A stretch of DNA of 64,000 nt from the NCBI GenBank assembly GCA_018920365.1, contig JAHLMM010000001.1:4449-68448 (forward strand). The letters run 5' to 3'. Made by a program: the position numbers and the translations under genes. The notes beneath the pieces were generated by a model. It saw only the letters and a program-made list of their open reading frames with translations. It searched no databases and was not told the DNA's origin. This DNA comes from Candidatus Aenigmatarchaeota archaeon (GTDB lineage: Archaea; Aenigmatarchaeota; Aenigmatarchaeia; CG10238-14). Shown here piece by piece: positions 8,867 through 17,694 of this stretch. Within the stretch, counting starts at the first letter, position 1. Each line of letters opens with the position of its first letter.

Positions 8867-9907
8867 TCATTCTCTTGAAAAATTAGCACCTTCAACTGAA
8901 ATTATCTTATTTGATTTGTCTATTTCAAAATTAACAGGTAAAATTTTTTCAATTACATGAATGTTTGTCAGACAATGTTCTGTGATTTGCTCTACTTTTA
9001 TTTGTGACTTGCCTTTAGCTAAAGCCATGTAAAGCAAAATTTGATCTGCAAGGAATTTATCAACTGCAAAATCTTTTTTTAGCATGCTCACAAAATCTTC
9101 TGCTATTCTCAATCCAAATTTTTCAGGCTCAAATCCTCTTTCTGAGATAGCATCAACTCCTATTATTGAATTTTCAAACAAAGCATACAAAAGCATAGAG
9201 CTGCCAAAGTCTTCAGTGTTTACTGTTTTTAAGCTAACAGAAATTTTTTCTTTTGGTAATTCATATTCAAAAACACCCAAAGCAGATTTTGCCTGCCTTT
9301 CTGCATATTCTTTTGGATATTTACCAACAACAGATTCCAAATGTATTCCTATCAATCCTCCTCTTTCTATTGCATTTATTGGTTTTACATGCTTTACAGG
9401 AGTTGCTCTTAATTTTACTTCGCCACCACCTTTTGGATAAAATCCATGATTTAAAATTTCCAATTCAGCTATTGCTCCCATTTTTCTTAGCATCGGCAAA
9501 AACACATATTTCAAATAGTTTATTGTAGGCGACCAGGAAACATCTGTGCCTCCTTTTATTGTCAAAATGTTTTCTTTATTTGAAAAAAACATTAATGGTA
9601 AGACAGATTGCACAAGTAAGCTTACACTGCCAGCTGTGCCTATATCTATCTTTCTATCCTTTACACTCAATTGCCATGGTCTGAATTCAATTTCAAGCGA
9701 ATTTTCTTTTAATCCAAGTATTTCTGCGTTACAAAAACTTCCTATAGTTTCTATCACTTTCATGTGTTGCGGCCTTAGTCCAGGTTTAGCATTTTCTTTT
9801 CCTTTTCTTATTTCTGTTATTCTAACTCCTTTACCTGTTAAGGCCGATAGAGAAATAGCAGAGCGAAGCATCTGCCCTCCGCCTAATGAGCCATCAATGT
9901 GAATCAT
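8867..9907 (-). CDS. rtcA: RNA 3'-terminal phosphate cyclase
   Basis: 'IHIDGSLGGGQMLRSAISLSALTGKGVRITEIRKGKENAKPGLRPQH' is a canonical RtcA N-terminus. Confidence 0.9.
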   Translation of the reverse strand: MIHIDGSLGGGQMLRSAISLSALTGKGVRITEIRKGKENAKPGLRPQHMKVIETIGSFCNAEILGLKENSLEIEFRPWQLSVKDRKIDIGTAGSVSLLVQSVLPLMFFSNKENILTIKGGTDVSWSPTINYLKYVFLPMLRKMGAIAELEILNHGFYPKGGGEVKLRATPVKHVKPINAIERGGLIGIHLESVVGKYPKEYAERQAKSALGVFEYELPKEKISVSLKTVNTEDFGSSMLLYALFENSIIGVDAISERGFEPEKFGLRIAEDFVSMLKKDFAVDKFLADQILLYMALAKGKSQIKVEQITEHCLTNIHVIEKILPVNFEIDKSNKIISVEGANFSRE

Positions 9908-9937
9908 AAAATTATTTTTGTTTTCTATTTAATTATT

Positions 9938-10309
9938 TTATTCTGCTTTTTTGCTGAATTTATCTCCTATTACATCAGTTAATAATTCGATGAAAAATAC
10001 CATAATAGCTGATGGTAATGCAAGATCTTTGTCAATAATCATTCCATATAGACCTCCTAGCGCAGCTCCACTCAATCCTGGCAACATATAATCTCTTAAC
10101 AGTCTTGAAGCTCTGTTTTCTGGTTCATTGCCTAGAAAAGAATAATAAATTAATGATGAAAAAAATCTTGAAAAACCTAGAACATAAGAGAAACGTATAG
10201 CTTTGTTTTCAATACCTGTAATAGTTGAATAAAGCTCTCCTATTAAATATGTTGCAAATGGGTCAATAGCAAACTGATTAAATTTGCTATCATGAAGATA
10301 ATTTGGCAT
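9938..10309 (-). CDS. hypothetical membrane protein
   Basis: 123-aa ORF with hydrophobic segments; no recognisable motif. Confidence 0.45.
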   Translation of the reverse strand: MPNYLHDSKFNQFAIDPFATYLIGELYSTITGIENKAIRFSYVLGFSRFFSSLIYYSFLGNEPENRASRLLRDYMLPGLSGAALGGLYGMIIDKDLALPSAIMVFFIELLTDVIGDKFSKKAE

Positions 10310-10339
10310 AAAAAATAAAACAGATTTAAACTTTTAATA

Positions 10340-10627
10340 TCATTCTGTCATTTCATCGAGTATGCTAGAAGCATAATCCATTATTTTTTTGTTTATATTT
10401 GCCTGAGCAGAATCTATCTTTTCTTTTATTATAGGATCATTACCAACTGACTTTTCTATTGTCCAAAGCATCAACAAGCTATTCTGCAGCTCAAGCCAAA
10501 AAAATGCTTTTTCCATAAATTTTTTGGCTTTAATTGGATCTGTAGCATTCAACGCTTCCTCTTTCCAAGTATAATAATGTTGGGAGCATGTGTTTATTAT
10601 CTCTCTTGGTTCTAGTTTCATAATCAC
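10340..10627 (-). CDS. hypothetical protein
   Basis: 95-aa ORF, predicted helical; no recognisable motif. Confidence 0.45.
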   Translation of the reverse strand: MIMKLEPREIINTCSQHYYTWKEEALNATDPIKAKKFMEKAFFWLELQNSLLMLWTIEKSVGNDPIIKEKIDSAQANINKKIMDYASSILDEMTE

Positions 10628-10708
10628 TTATTGGTAGTTATAATATTTAAATATTACTATTATGTAGTAAACACTCTTTTTTATTGTAATTTTACATAAT
10701 ATTTAAAG

Positions 10709-10990
10709 ATGTCAAACCTTTTTTCAATAATAATCGATTCTTTAACATTTCTGATAAAGAGTATTGCAGAAGTTGGCATTTTCATAATAAACAAACTTTT
10801 TGAATTTACCCTAGAAATTGTAGGCATTTCAAATAATCCTATAAGCGCTTTGATTGGTGCATTCATTCTAGGATTAATATTCTTCATAGCAGGAAAATAC
10901 TTGTTTGGTTTGACAAAAGAGTTTACTATATTGCTGATAATATATGTTGTTTTAGTTATCATCTATTTCTTGTCCAAATTTATTTTGTAA
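10709..10990 (+). CDS. hypothetical small membrane protein
   Basis: 93-aa ORF with 2-3 plausible TM helices. A competing antisense ORF (10681..10962) looks less protein-like. Confidence 0.35.
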   Translation: MSNLFSIIIDSLTFLIKSIAEVGIFIINKLFEFTLEIVGISNNPISALIGAFILGLIFFIAGKYLFGLTKEFTILLIIYVVLVIIYFLSKFIL

Positions 10991-12216
10991 CATTTTCTAT
11001 CAGGAGAATATGCATTATATCCTAGCTCTTTAAGTTCACTAGAAAATTCTTCTGTTTTTTCACCATGTATGCAAAAAACATTTTCTGGATTTAATTTCTT
11101 TACAAGTTTTAATATATCTGTCCTAGAAGCATGAGAGCTAAAATCAAATTTTTTCACATTTGCTTTAACTTTGACTTCTTTTCCATTAATTGACATTTGA
11201 CCTGTTTGTAATAGCTTGAAACCAGCTGTACCTGGGACTTGAAATCCTGTTAATGCAACAGAGCAATTCTCATTATCATATAATCTCTTCATATATTCTA
11301 AGATGGCTCCGCCTTCAAGCATACCAGAACCTGTTATAATAATGCAAGGTTTTTTTATTATTTTCTTTCTATTAGGCGCATCAACATATCTTACATCAAG
11401 TCTTTGCATTGCTTTTTTAACAGAATTATAATCTTTTTGTAGTTCTGGATAGGCATTTATTATTTCTGTAGCAGAAGCAGACATTCCGTCTATGTATATC
11501 GGAGTTTTTATACCATATTCGTTTAAGATAAGGATGATTTCTTGTGTTCTAGATATTGCAAAAGTTGGCATTAGCATAACTCCATCATTATCCAAGGTCT
11601 GTTTTATATATTCTATCAGCCTTTTTTCTTCTTTATCCCTATCAGGATGATCTCTGTCTGAATAGGTTGTCTCTGTTATCAAAGTATTGACTTTGCCTAT
11701 ATCTACCTTAGCACCTTTAACCAGCCTTGTATCTTCAAGTTTAAAATCGCCTGTATAAAGCAATGACGATTTTTCCATAAAAAACATAAATGAACCAGGC
11801 ATATGGCCGGCATCTATAGCTTTAACGCTCTCATCTTTAATATTCACAGTCTGTTCATAGTCCATAGATTCAAAATTCTTTTGCAAATCCTTTACATCGT
11901 CTTCCCCATAACCTATATCATAACCATCTTGCTTTGCTATTTTTAACGTATCTGTAAGCAGCAGCCTAGCAAAATGTGATGTTATTTCATGGCCATATAC
12001 AGGAATGTTTTTAAGTAAAGGCGCTGCTCCAAGATGATCAAGATGCCCGTGAGAAAGAAATAAACCATCTATCTTTTCATTTACTTTTTCAGGGAAATCT
12101 ACACCCTTTGGCAAAGGCTTTAAACCATAATCAAACATTATTTTGGCTTTGTCTGTTTTTACTAGTATTGCTGATCTTCCTACTTCTTTCGCTGCACCTT
12201 TAAAGCATAATTCCAT
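10963..12216 (-). CDS. metallo-beta-lactamase / beta-CASP ribonuclease (aCPSF2-like)
   Basis: 'LFLSHGHLDHLGAAP' is the HxHxDH motif. Beta-CASP-like motifs are present ('TETTYSDRDH', 'SSHASRTDIL', 'FCIHGE'). At 417 aa with no KH domains it fits the aCPSF2 group. Confidence 0.8.
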   Translation of the reverse strand: MELCFKGAAKEVGRSAILVKTDKAKIMFDYGLKPLPKGVDFPEKVNEKIDGLFLSHGHLDHLGAAPLLKNIPVYGHEITSHFARLLLTDTLKIAKQDGYDIGYGEDDVKDLQKNFESMDYEQTVNIKDESVKAIDAGHMPGSFMFFMEKSSLLYTGDFKLEDTRLVKGAKVDIGKVNTLITETTYSDRDHPDRDKEEKRLIEYIKQTLDNDGVMLMPTFAISRTQEIILILNEYGIKTPIYIDGMSASATEIINAYPELQKDYNSVKKAMQRLDVRYVDAPNRKKIIKKPCIIITGSGMLEGGAILEYMKRLYDNENCSVALTGFQVPGTAGFKLLQTGQMSINGKEVKVKANVKKFDFSSHASRTDILKLVKKLNPENVFCIHGEKTEEFSSELKELGYNAYSPDRKCYKINLDKK

Positions 12217-12267
12217 TTATATCACAAGATAAATTCTTTTATTCGGGTTAATTATTTATATATCTAA

Positions 12268-12339
12268 GCATCAGTGGTCTAACGGTTATGACTTCGGCTT
12301 CCCAAGCCGGCAATCCGGGTTCAAATCCCGGCTGATGCA
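12268..12339 (+). tRNA. tRNA-Gly (anticodon CCC)
   Basis: Hand-folded 72-nt cloverleaf. Acceptor GCATCAG/CTGATGC, anticodon stem TCGGC/GCCGG with loop TTCCCAA, T-arm CCGGG-TTCAAAT-CCCGG, discriminator A. Confidence 0.9.
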
Positions 12340-12506
12340 TTTTCATTTTTACATGGCTCATTTTTGTTTGGCAATTTACCTGTTTCAGCAGAAAGATAGA
12401 CATTAAGATATCCTTCCAAGATTTGAGCTAATCTATCATAAAAAGGATCATCTTTTTTCTTTGCCCCTTCTATAGCTTTTCTATAATTTTCCTCTGTTTG
12501 ATCCAT
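12321..12506 (-). CDS. hypothetical small protein; 3' end runs antisense into the tRNA-Gly gene
   Basis: 61-aa ORF with a helical, charged sequence. Its last ~6 codons overlap the tRNA on the opposite strand, so it is doubtful. Confidence 0.3.
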   Translation of the reverse strand: MDQTEENYRKAIEGAKKKDDPFYDRLAQILEGYLNVYLSAETGKLPNKNEPCKNENASAGI

Positions 12507-12581
12507 AAAATAAATTTATACTTTTATATATAAAAATTTACTACTTTTAAGTAATTTAATTATTTCTAGCATATCAATTAA

Positions 12582-12595
12582 ACATTTATAAATGT
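12582..12595 (+). promoter_or_regulatory. candidate TATA box / perfect 14-nt palindrome upstream of the L18e-L13-S9 operon
   Basis: ACATTTATAAATGT lies ~46 nt upstream of the likely rpl18e ATG at 12634. A GGGTG Shine-Dalgarno-like element sits at ~12620. Confidence 0.35.
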
Positions 12596-12633
12596 ATACT
12601 TTAATAATTCTAAAGTTAAATGGGTGTAGCGAA

Positions 12634-12999
12634 ATGTCAAAGCGCACCGGACCTACAAATCCGTTGTTAAAGCAATTAATTGATGAATTAATGATAGCTT
12701 CACGTCAAATATCTAGTCCTTTTTTGAAAGAAATAGCTGAAAAATTAAATAAACCCAGAAGGCAGAGGGTTGAAGTCAACCTTGCTGATATAAACAGAAA
12801 CTGCCAGGATGGTGATGTTATCATAGTTCCTGGTGTTGTCTTAGGTTATGGTGAAATTGATAAAAAGATTACAATAAGTGCATGGAAATTTTCAGAACCT
12901 GCACTTGAAAAAATAAAGAAAAGTAGCTCAACTGCTATAAGTATAAAAGAACTTGTAAGAAAAAACCCTAGAGGTACTGGGGTTAAAATAATATGTTGA
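12634..12999 (+). CDS. rpl18e: 50S ribosomal protein L18e
   Basis: 'MSKRTGPTNPLLKQLIDEL' is an L18e-type N-terminus. I chose the internal Met; the ORF track starts at 12592 inside the putative promoter. Confidence 0.85.
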   Translation: MSKRTGPTNPLLKQLIDELMIASRQISSPFLKEIAEKLNKPRRQRVEVNLADINRNCQDGDVIIVPGVVLGYGEIDKKITISAWKFSEPALEKIKKSSSTAISIKELVRKNPRGTGVKIIC

Positions 13000-13424
13000 T
13001 GCCTATGAAAGTATATGACGCTACAGGTAAAATACTAGGAAGATTGGCTACTGTTGTCGCTAAACAAGCAATAAAAGGCGAACAAATACATATTGTAAAC
13101 TGTGAAAAGGCTATAATAGTTGGTGATCCTGAATTTACAAAGAAAAAGTACAAACAAAGAATAGAAAGGGGTGACCCTCATCATGGTCCTTTTTATCCAA
13201 AAACACCAACTGGTATTGTTAAAAGAGCTATAAGAGGCATGATTGATTATAAAAAACCTACAGGAAGGGCTGCATTAAAAAGAATCAAAGTGTGGATAGG
13301 TCTACCCGAAGAATTCAAAAACAAAATACAAGAACTTAATACTAAAGGAATAAATGATATTACATCAAAATACATAACTATTGGTGATTTGGCTATATCT
13401 TTAGGGGCTAAAAAGAGATGGTAA
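12993..13424 (+). CDS. rpl13: 50S ribosomal protein L13 (uL13)
   Basis: 'VYDATGKILGRLATVVAKQAIKGEQIHIVNCEKAIIVG'. It has the conserved operon position after L18e. The start is ambiguous between 12993, 12999 and 13005. Confidence 0.9.
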   Translation: MLMPMKVYDATGKILGRLATVVAKQAIKGEQIHIVNCEKAIIVGDPEFTKKKYKQRIERGDPHHGPFYPKTPTGIVKRAIRGMIDYKKPTGRAALKRIKVWIGLPEEFKNKIQELNTKGINDITSKYITIGDLAISLGAKKRW

Positions 13425-13837
13425 AAATGAAAAAGGATGTTATATTTGCAACAGGTAAGAGAAAGACAAGTGTAGCCAGAGCTGTTTTAAGACATGGTGA
13501 TGGCAAAGTCATAATAAACGATACTCCTCTTGATTTATTTGAGCCTGAATTTGGAAGATTTAGAATAAGAGAAGTTTTTATGCTAGCTGATAAAGCAGCA
13601 AATGGTATTGGCATTAAAGTAAATGTAAGAGGCGGTGGCACAAGTTCAAGAATTGATGCAATAAGGCAAGCCATAGCAAAAGGATTAGTTGAAATAACAA
13701 AAGATCAGGAATTGAAAAAGAAGTTTATTGAGTATGATAGGAATTTGATTGTATATGATTACAGAAGAACAGAGCCACACAAACCTTCAAGATCAAGACA
13801 AAATGCAAGAAGACATAAACAAAGAAGCAAGAGATAA
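13418..13837 (+). CDS. rps9: 30S ribosomal protein S9 (uS9)
   Basis: 'ATGKRKTSVARAVLRHGDGKVIIN' and the C-terminal 'YDYRRTEPHKPSRSRQNARRHKQRSKR'. Confidence 0.92.
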   Translation: MVKMKKDVIFATGKRKTSVARAVLRHGDGKVIINDTPLDLFEPEFGRFRIREVFMLADKAANGIGIKVNVRGGGTSSRIDAIRQAIAKGLVEITKDQELKKKFIEYDRNLIVYDYRRTEPHKPSRSRQNARRHKQRSKR

Positions 13838-13874
13838 TTGAATGTTTTTAAAATTTCTTTATGAAAATAATTTT

Positions 13875-14687
13875 ATGAAGAAATTTTTGATTGTTTTATT
13901 GCTAATAAATATTGCAAGTGCTCAAGAAATACAGCTATACAAAGTTGTTTTAAACATAAATCAAGACATGTCAGTAAACGAAGAGATAAAAATTATTTTT
14001 GAAAAACCTTTGAATCAAACCACATTTAAATATTACATATCAGGTAATTTTTATAATCTTGAAATAAACAATACTGTGGAAAAACTAAGCTATAAAATAA
14101 ATAATCAAAATCTTAGAGAAATTGAATTTACTGTACCTGAAAATACGCAGCAACTGTTTATTTCATTTAAAACAGATGATATCATAAAAGATTTTGAAGG
14201 AAAGAAAGAATTGATTACAACACTAAAATTTCCTGATTCAAAAAGAACATTTGTTTATGTTGCACTTCCGGAAGGATATAGTATTTATCAGCAAACATAT
14301 TTGCCTGAAGACGCTGATCTTTTAACAGATGGTGAAAGGATATATTTGAAATGGCGTTTTTATACAAAAGAAACTCCAATAATGGTTAGATTTTATGACA
14401 ATCAAAAGAATAATATAGACATATTTCTATCAATATTATTCATTATTCTAGGAGTATTTGCATTGATTTTAAATAAAAAGGATGAAAGTTTTCTAATTGG
14501 ATTTAGCAGTGATGAAAGAAGGGTAATTGAAATAATAAAAGAAAGAAAAGTTGAAATGCAAAGCAAAATTGAAAAAGAGTTGGGTTTTAGCAGGGCAAAA
14601 ATGACAAGAATAATCAAAAAACTTGAATCAAAAGGTCTAGTAAAAAAAGAAAAAAAAGGAAGAACAAATAAAATTTCTTGGTTATAA
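13875..14687 (+). CDS. membrane-tethered winged-helix transcription regulator (signal peptide, extracytoplasmic domain, TM, cytoplasmic wHTH)
   Basis: Signal peptide 'MKKFLIVLLLINIASAQ', TM 'IFLSILFIILGVFALIL', and a C-terminal MarR/ArsR-like wHTH 'ERRVIEIIKE..QSKIEKELGFSRAKMTRIIKKLESKGLVKKEKKGRTNKI'. It is a full-length paralogue of 63257..63991. Confidence 0.7.
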   Translation: MKKFLIVLLLINIASAQEIQLYKVVLNINQDMSVNEEIKIIFEKPLNQTTFKYYISGNFYNLEINNTVEKLSYKINNQNLREIEFTVPENTQQLFISFKTDDIIKDFEGKKELITTLKFPDSKRTFVYVALPEGYSIYQQTYLPEDADLLTDGERIYLKWRFYTKETPIMVRFYDNQKNNIDIFLSILFIILGVFALILNKKDESFLIGFSSDERRVIEIIKERKVEMQSKIEKELGFSRAKMTRIIKKLESKGLVKKEKKGRTNKISWL

Positions 14688-14688
14688 A

Positions 14689-15285
14689 TTAATTTTCAAC
14701 TGCTAAAAAAGACCACCAAGGTTTTTGAGTTCTTACTTCACCTGTCTCTGCATCTACTTGAGCTCTCAATTGAATTTTTGTGGCAAATATACCAAGTATT
14801 TTTGTTTGTTTTTGTGCTTGAACTTCATAAACTGCCTTTGTCTGTTCGCCTTGCCCAACCTCTTTTAGCTCTATAGAGCAATTATTTTGTTCTGAACACA
14901 TGTTCAATCTCAACCTTTGTATAGCAACTTCAGATGCTGTTTCTGGCATTACCTTTACTTCAGCGTTTCTACCGTTGCTTAGTTTAACATTGATTTTTGT
15001 TGAATTTCCTTCATTTCTTAAGCTGTAATTCAAACTAGATCTTAAAGGAATGTTTGTTGAGCTAATAGTATATCTTTCTCTTGATTCAGTTCTGGTTTGA
15101 TTGTCAAAATCCCTAACTTGCTCTTGTGCTCTTACAGTATTATTTTCTCTTATAGTTAGTTGATCTTGCTCTCCTTGGTTTTTTGTTGACATTTCTTCTT
15201 TATTCTGTATAGCTGGCACATCTGCTCTTTGTGCAAATACTGTAAAAATCAAAGTCAGCACTAAAAATATTGCAATTGCTTTCAT
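14689..15285 (-). CDS. secreted hypothetical protein
   Basis: Signal peptide 'MKAIAIFLVLTLIFTVFAQ' taken from an internal Met, and the C-terminal 'KPWWSFLA'. The family was not recognised. Confidence 0.55.
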   Translation of the reverse strand: MKAIAIFLVLTLIFTVFAQRADVPAIQNKEEMSTKNQGEQDQLTIRENNTVRAQEQVRDFDNQTRTESRERYTISSTNIPLRSSLNYSLRNEGNSTKINVKLSNGRNAEVKVMPETASEVAIQRLRLNMCSEQNNCSIELKEVGQGEQTKAVYEVQAQKQTKILGIFATKIQLRAQVDAETGEVRTQKPWWSFLAVEN

Positions 15286-15385
15286 ATAATCACATAAAAT
15301 GTATATATACAAAAATAAATTGTTTCACTTTTGTTTCATGAAGTTTTTAATAGAGTGAAACAGACATTATATTGTTGGTGATGAA

Positions 15386-16252
15386 ATGAAAAAAGTGTAT
15401 TTGATAGCATTGATAATGCTTTTACCAATGCTAGTAGCAGCACAAAACCTCGGAATGCAGGAATTAAAAGCTGCTATAGGTAAGCCGGAAATAGAAAGAA
15501 TAGGTGTTATAGGGAAAGGTATAGCAATATCAGACAGCGATTCGTCTGCGTTTGAAATAGTAAAAATAGGTGTTGTTGATGTCACGGTTCAATTCAACAA
15601 CCAAACAATAACTAGACAAGCAGGTATACTTTGGGTAGGACAAAACAAATATACATTAAAGAACTCTGTTATTGGTAACGGCACTTTGTCTTCAGAAATA
15701 TATATGAATGACACAAAAATCGGTAGTTTAGATCTAGTGTTAGTTGAAAAGGACGGGACAGATGTATGGACAGGTAAAATGACTTTGAATAGCAAAGACT
15801 ACAACTTGTATATATTAGAAGGACAGAGAAAGTTTGAGAGAAATGAAATAAAGCAGAAATTTCAGCAATTTTGCCAGGGGAACAATACAAATTGCACACA
15901 AATAGCAAAAGGTATTGGAAATAGATTTTGCGATAAAATAGACGACCCATCTTGTAGAGAAAAAATAGGAGAGTTTTGCGAACAAAATCCAACAGATCAG
16001 AGATGCATAGCTATAACCAAGGGATTTTGCCAAAACAACACAGATGATGCCAGATGCAGATATGTATTCAAGAATATGTGTGCACAAAACCCAAACAGCG
16101 AAGATTGTTCAAACTTTTGTCAAGGATATCCAGAAAAATGCAACATGACTAGGCAAAACACAGAAAGAATTAAAGAAAAATTACAGCAAATGCAAGAAAC
16201 AAGAGAAAAAATGAAAAATGCAATAAATCAAAGAAGAGGTAAAGGTGACTAG
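15386..16252 (+). CDS. secreted protein with C-terminal tandem Cys-pair repeats
   Basis: Signal peptide 'MKKVYLIALIMLLPMLVAAQ'. Six consecutive C-x6-9-C units follow: FCQGNNTNC, FCDKIDDPSC, FCEQNPTDQRC, FCQNNTDDARC, MCAQNPNSEDC, FCQGYPEKC. Confidence 0.6.
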   Translation: MKKVYLIALIMLLPMLVAAQNLGMQELKAAIGKPEIERIGVIGKGIAISDSDSSAFEIVKIGVVDVTVQFNNQTITRQAGILWVGQNKYTLKNSVIGNGTLSSEIYMNDTKIGSLDLVLVEKDGTDVWTGKMTLNSKDYNLYILEGQRKFERNEIKQKFQQFCQGNNTNCTQIAKGIGNRFCDKIDDPSCREKIGEFCEQNPTDQRCIAITKGFCQNNTDDARCRYVFKNMCAQNPNSEDCSNFCQGYPEKCNMTRQNTERIKEKLQQMQETREKMKNAINQRRGKGD

Positions 16253-16459
16253 ATGAAAGTCGCATTAATAGCAGCGATATTATTTTTTGTTTTAGCTGTA
16301 TTTTTTGCTGCGAAGTATTTTTTAACTGGAATGCCTAAAACTCAAAGCATTAACGGAAGAGTAATCGATGAAAGTATAGACGCTGCAGTGCAGGACGAAG
16401 TTGAACGAGTTGTACAGAATATTTCAGATGAAGAAATTTTAAGCAGCCTTCTGGAATAA
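16253..16459 (+). CDS. small single-pass membrane protein
   Basis: The start codon directly follows the stop of the preceding gene. TM segment 'VALIAAILFFVLAVFFAAKYF'. Confidence 0.5.
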   Translation: MKVALIAAILFFVLAVFFAAKYFLTGMPKTQSINGRVIDESIDAAVQDEVERVVQNISDEEILSSLLE

Positions 16460-16471
16460 GGCTGTTTTTTT
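16444..16471 (+). terminator. hairpin plus T7 run (intrinsic-terminator-like)
   Basis: CAGCCTT-ctggaat-AAGGCTG followed by TTTTTTT. It spans the stop codon of the 16253..16459 ORF. Confidence 0.5.
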
Positions 16472-16515
16472 AATTTTATTTAACAATAAAAGCTTTTTCT
16501 GACTAATATTAAGTT

Positions 16516-17256
16516 ATGGAACCAAAAAGGCAGCCAGCAATCCCTGTTAATATAATTGATTTAACTAAATCTAGGTTTGTCAAAAAAGAAGGGTTTGAAT
16601 CAAGTTATGTATTAACAAATTTTGGCTTGAGAATATCAAAAGCAAAGATAATTGGAACTATAGTAAACAAATATCAAAGTGAAGATGGAAATTATGCGGC
16701 TATAACAATAGACGATGAAACAGATGCCATTAGAGTTAAAGTCTTTAAAGAAGATGTCGGTATGTTAGATAATGTAAAAGAAGGTGATATTGCGCTTGTT
16801 GTTGGTAAGATAAGGGAATATGCAGATGAAATATATATTATACCTAGCTTTGTCAGAAAGGTTACAGATCCGAATATATTTATAATGCATAAACTACAAG
16901 TACTCAAACTAATAAAAGAAAAAAAGCAAATTTTTGACTTGGTAAATGCGGAAAAAGATAATTTCGCTGACTTGGAAGAGCTTAGAATATTTTTGCAAAA
17001 AGAGTATGGGCTGATAGATGATGAAATAAGTGGGATAATAGAATATTTTGCACTAGGCGATAGCTTGGCTGAAAAAGATTATAAATCTTTAATAATTGAA
17101 AAGATTAAAGAGTTGGATAGCGGCAAAGGCGTTGAGTTAGCAAGATTAACACAAGAGATTAATCTGCCAATTGAGATAATAAGCGAAAATATTAATGAAC
17201 TGCTTGAAGATGGTACATGCTTTGAACCTTTGCCTGGATTGATAAAGTTGGTGTAA
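16516..17256 (+). CDS. OB-fold ssDNA-binding protein, RPA32/Rpa2-like with C-terminal winged helix
   Basis: 'AKIIGTIVNKYQSEDGNYAAITIDDETDAIRVKVF..GDIALVVGKIREYADEIYIIPSFVRKVTDPN' matches the RPA32/Stn1 OB pattern. The C-terminus is wH-like. Confidence 0.6.
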   Translation: MEPKRQPAIPVNIIDLTKSRFVKKEGFESSYVLTNFGLRISKAKIIGTIVNKYQSEDGNYAAITIDDETDAIRVKVFKEDVGMLDNVKEGDIALVVGKIREYADEIYIIPSFVRKVTDPNIFIMHKLQVLKLIKEKKQIFDLVNAEKDNFADLEELRIFLQKEYGLIDDEISGIIEYFALGDSLAEKDYKSLIIEKIKELDSGKGVELARLTQEINLPIEIISENINELLEDGTCFEPLPGLIKLV

Positions 17257-17258
17257 GT

Positions 17259-17669
17259 ATGAAAGGATATGAAGAAATGCTTGAAGAAGGGCTGCAAAAA
17301 ATACCTGAAGAAGTAAAATCTGATAATAGGTTAGAAATACCAAAACCAGAAGTAACTATATCTGGAAGCCAAACAATTATAGCAAACTTTATAGAAATAA
17401 CAAATGTCATAAGAAGAAAGCCAGATCATTTGCTTAAATTCCTTTCTAGAGAGTTGGCTGCACCTGCTCATATTGAAGGCAGCAGGGCAATCTTTCAAGG
17501 AAAGTTATACAGTGGTTTGATAGAGAAAAAGCTGGAATCATACTTTAAAGAATTTTTGTATTGCCCTGTATGTAAAAAACCTGATACACAGATTATAAAG
17601 CAAGACAGAATATATCTCTTAAAATGTGAAGCTTGTGGTGCAAAAAACCCTGTAAGAGCTATAAAATAA
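17259..17669 (+). CDS. eif2b: translation initiation factor aIF2 beta subunit
   Basis: 'YEEMLEEGLQKIPE', 'HLLKFLSRELAAPAHIEG' and the zinc ribbon 'CPVCKKPDT..LKCEACGA'. Confidence 0.9.
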   Translation: MKGYEEMLEEGLQKIPEEVKSDNRLEIPKPEVTISGSQTIIANFIEITNVIRRKPDHLLKFLSRELAAPAHIEGSRAIFQGKLYSGLIEKKLESYFKEFLYCPVCKKPDTQIIKQDRIYLLKCEACGAKNPVRAIK

Positions 17670-17694
17670 ATTAAAGCAAAGACAATAGATTATT

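Noticed and set aside
9084-9902. Three plus-strand ORFs of 91-118 aa inside rtcA.
   Set aside because: They are antisense to a gene with unmistakable RtcA motifs. Such spurious ORFs are typical of AT-rich genomes with few stops on the opposite strand.
10681-10962. 93-aa minus-strand ORF, an alternative to the plus-strand ORF 10709..10990.
   Set aside because: The two are mutually exclusive mirror ORFs. The plus-strand product has cleaner TM-helix periodicity. Neither is strongly supported, and the minus version was not reported as a feature.
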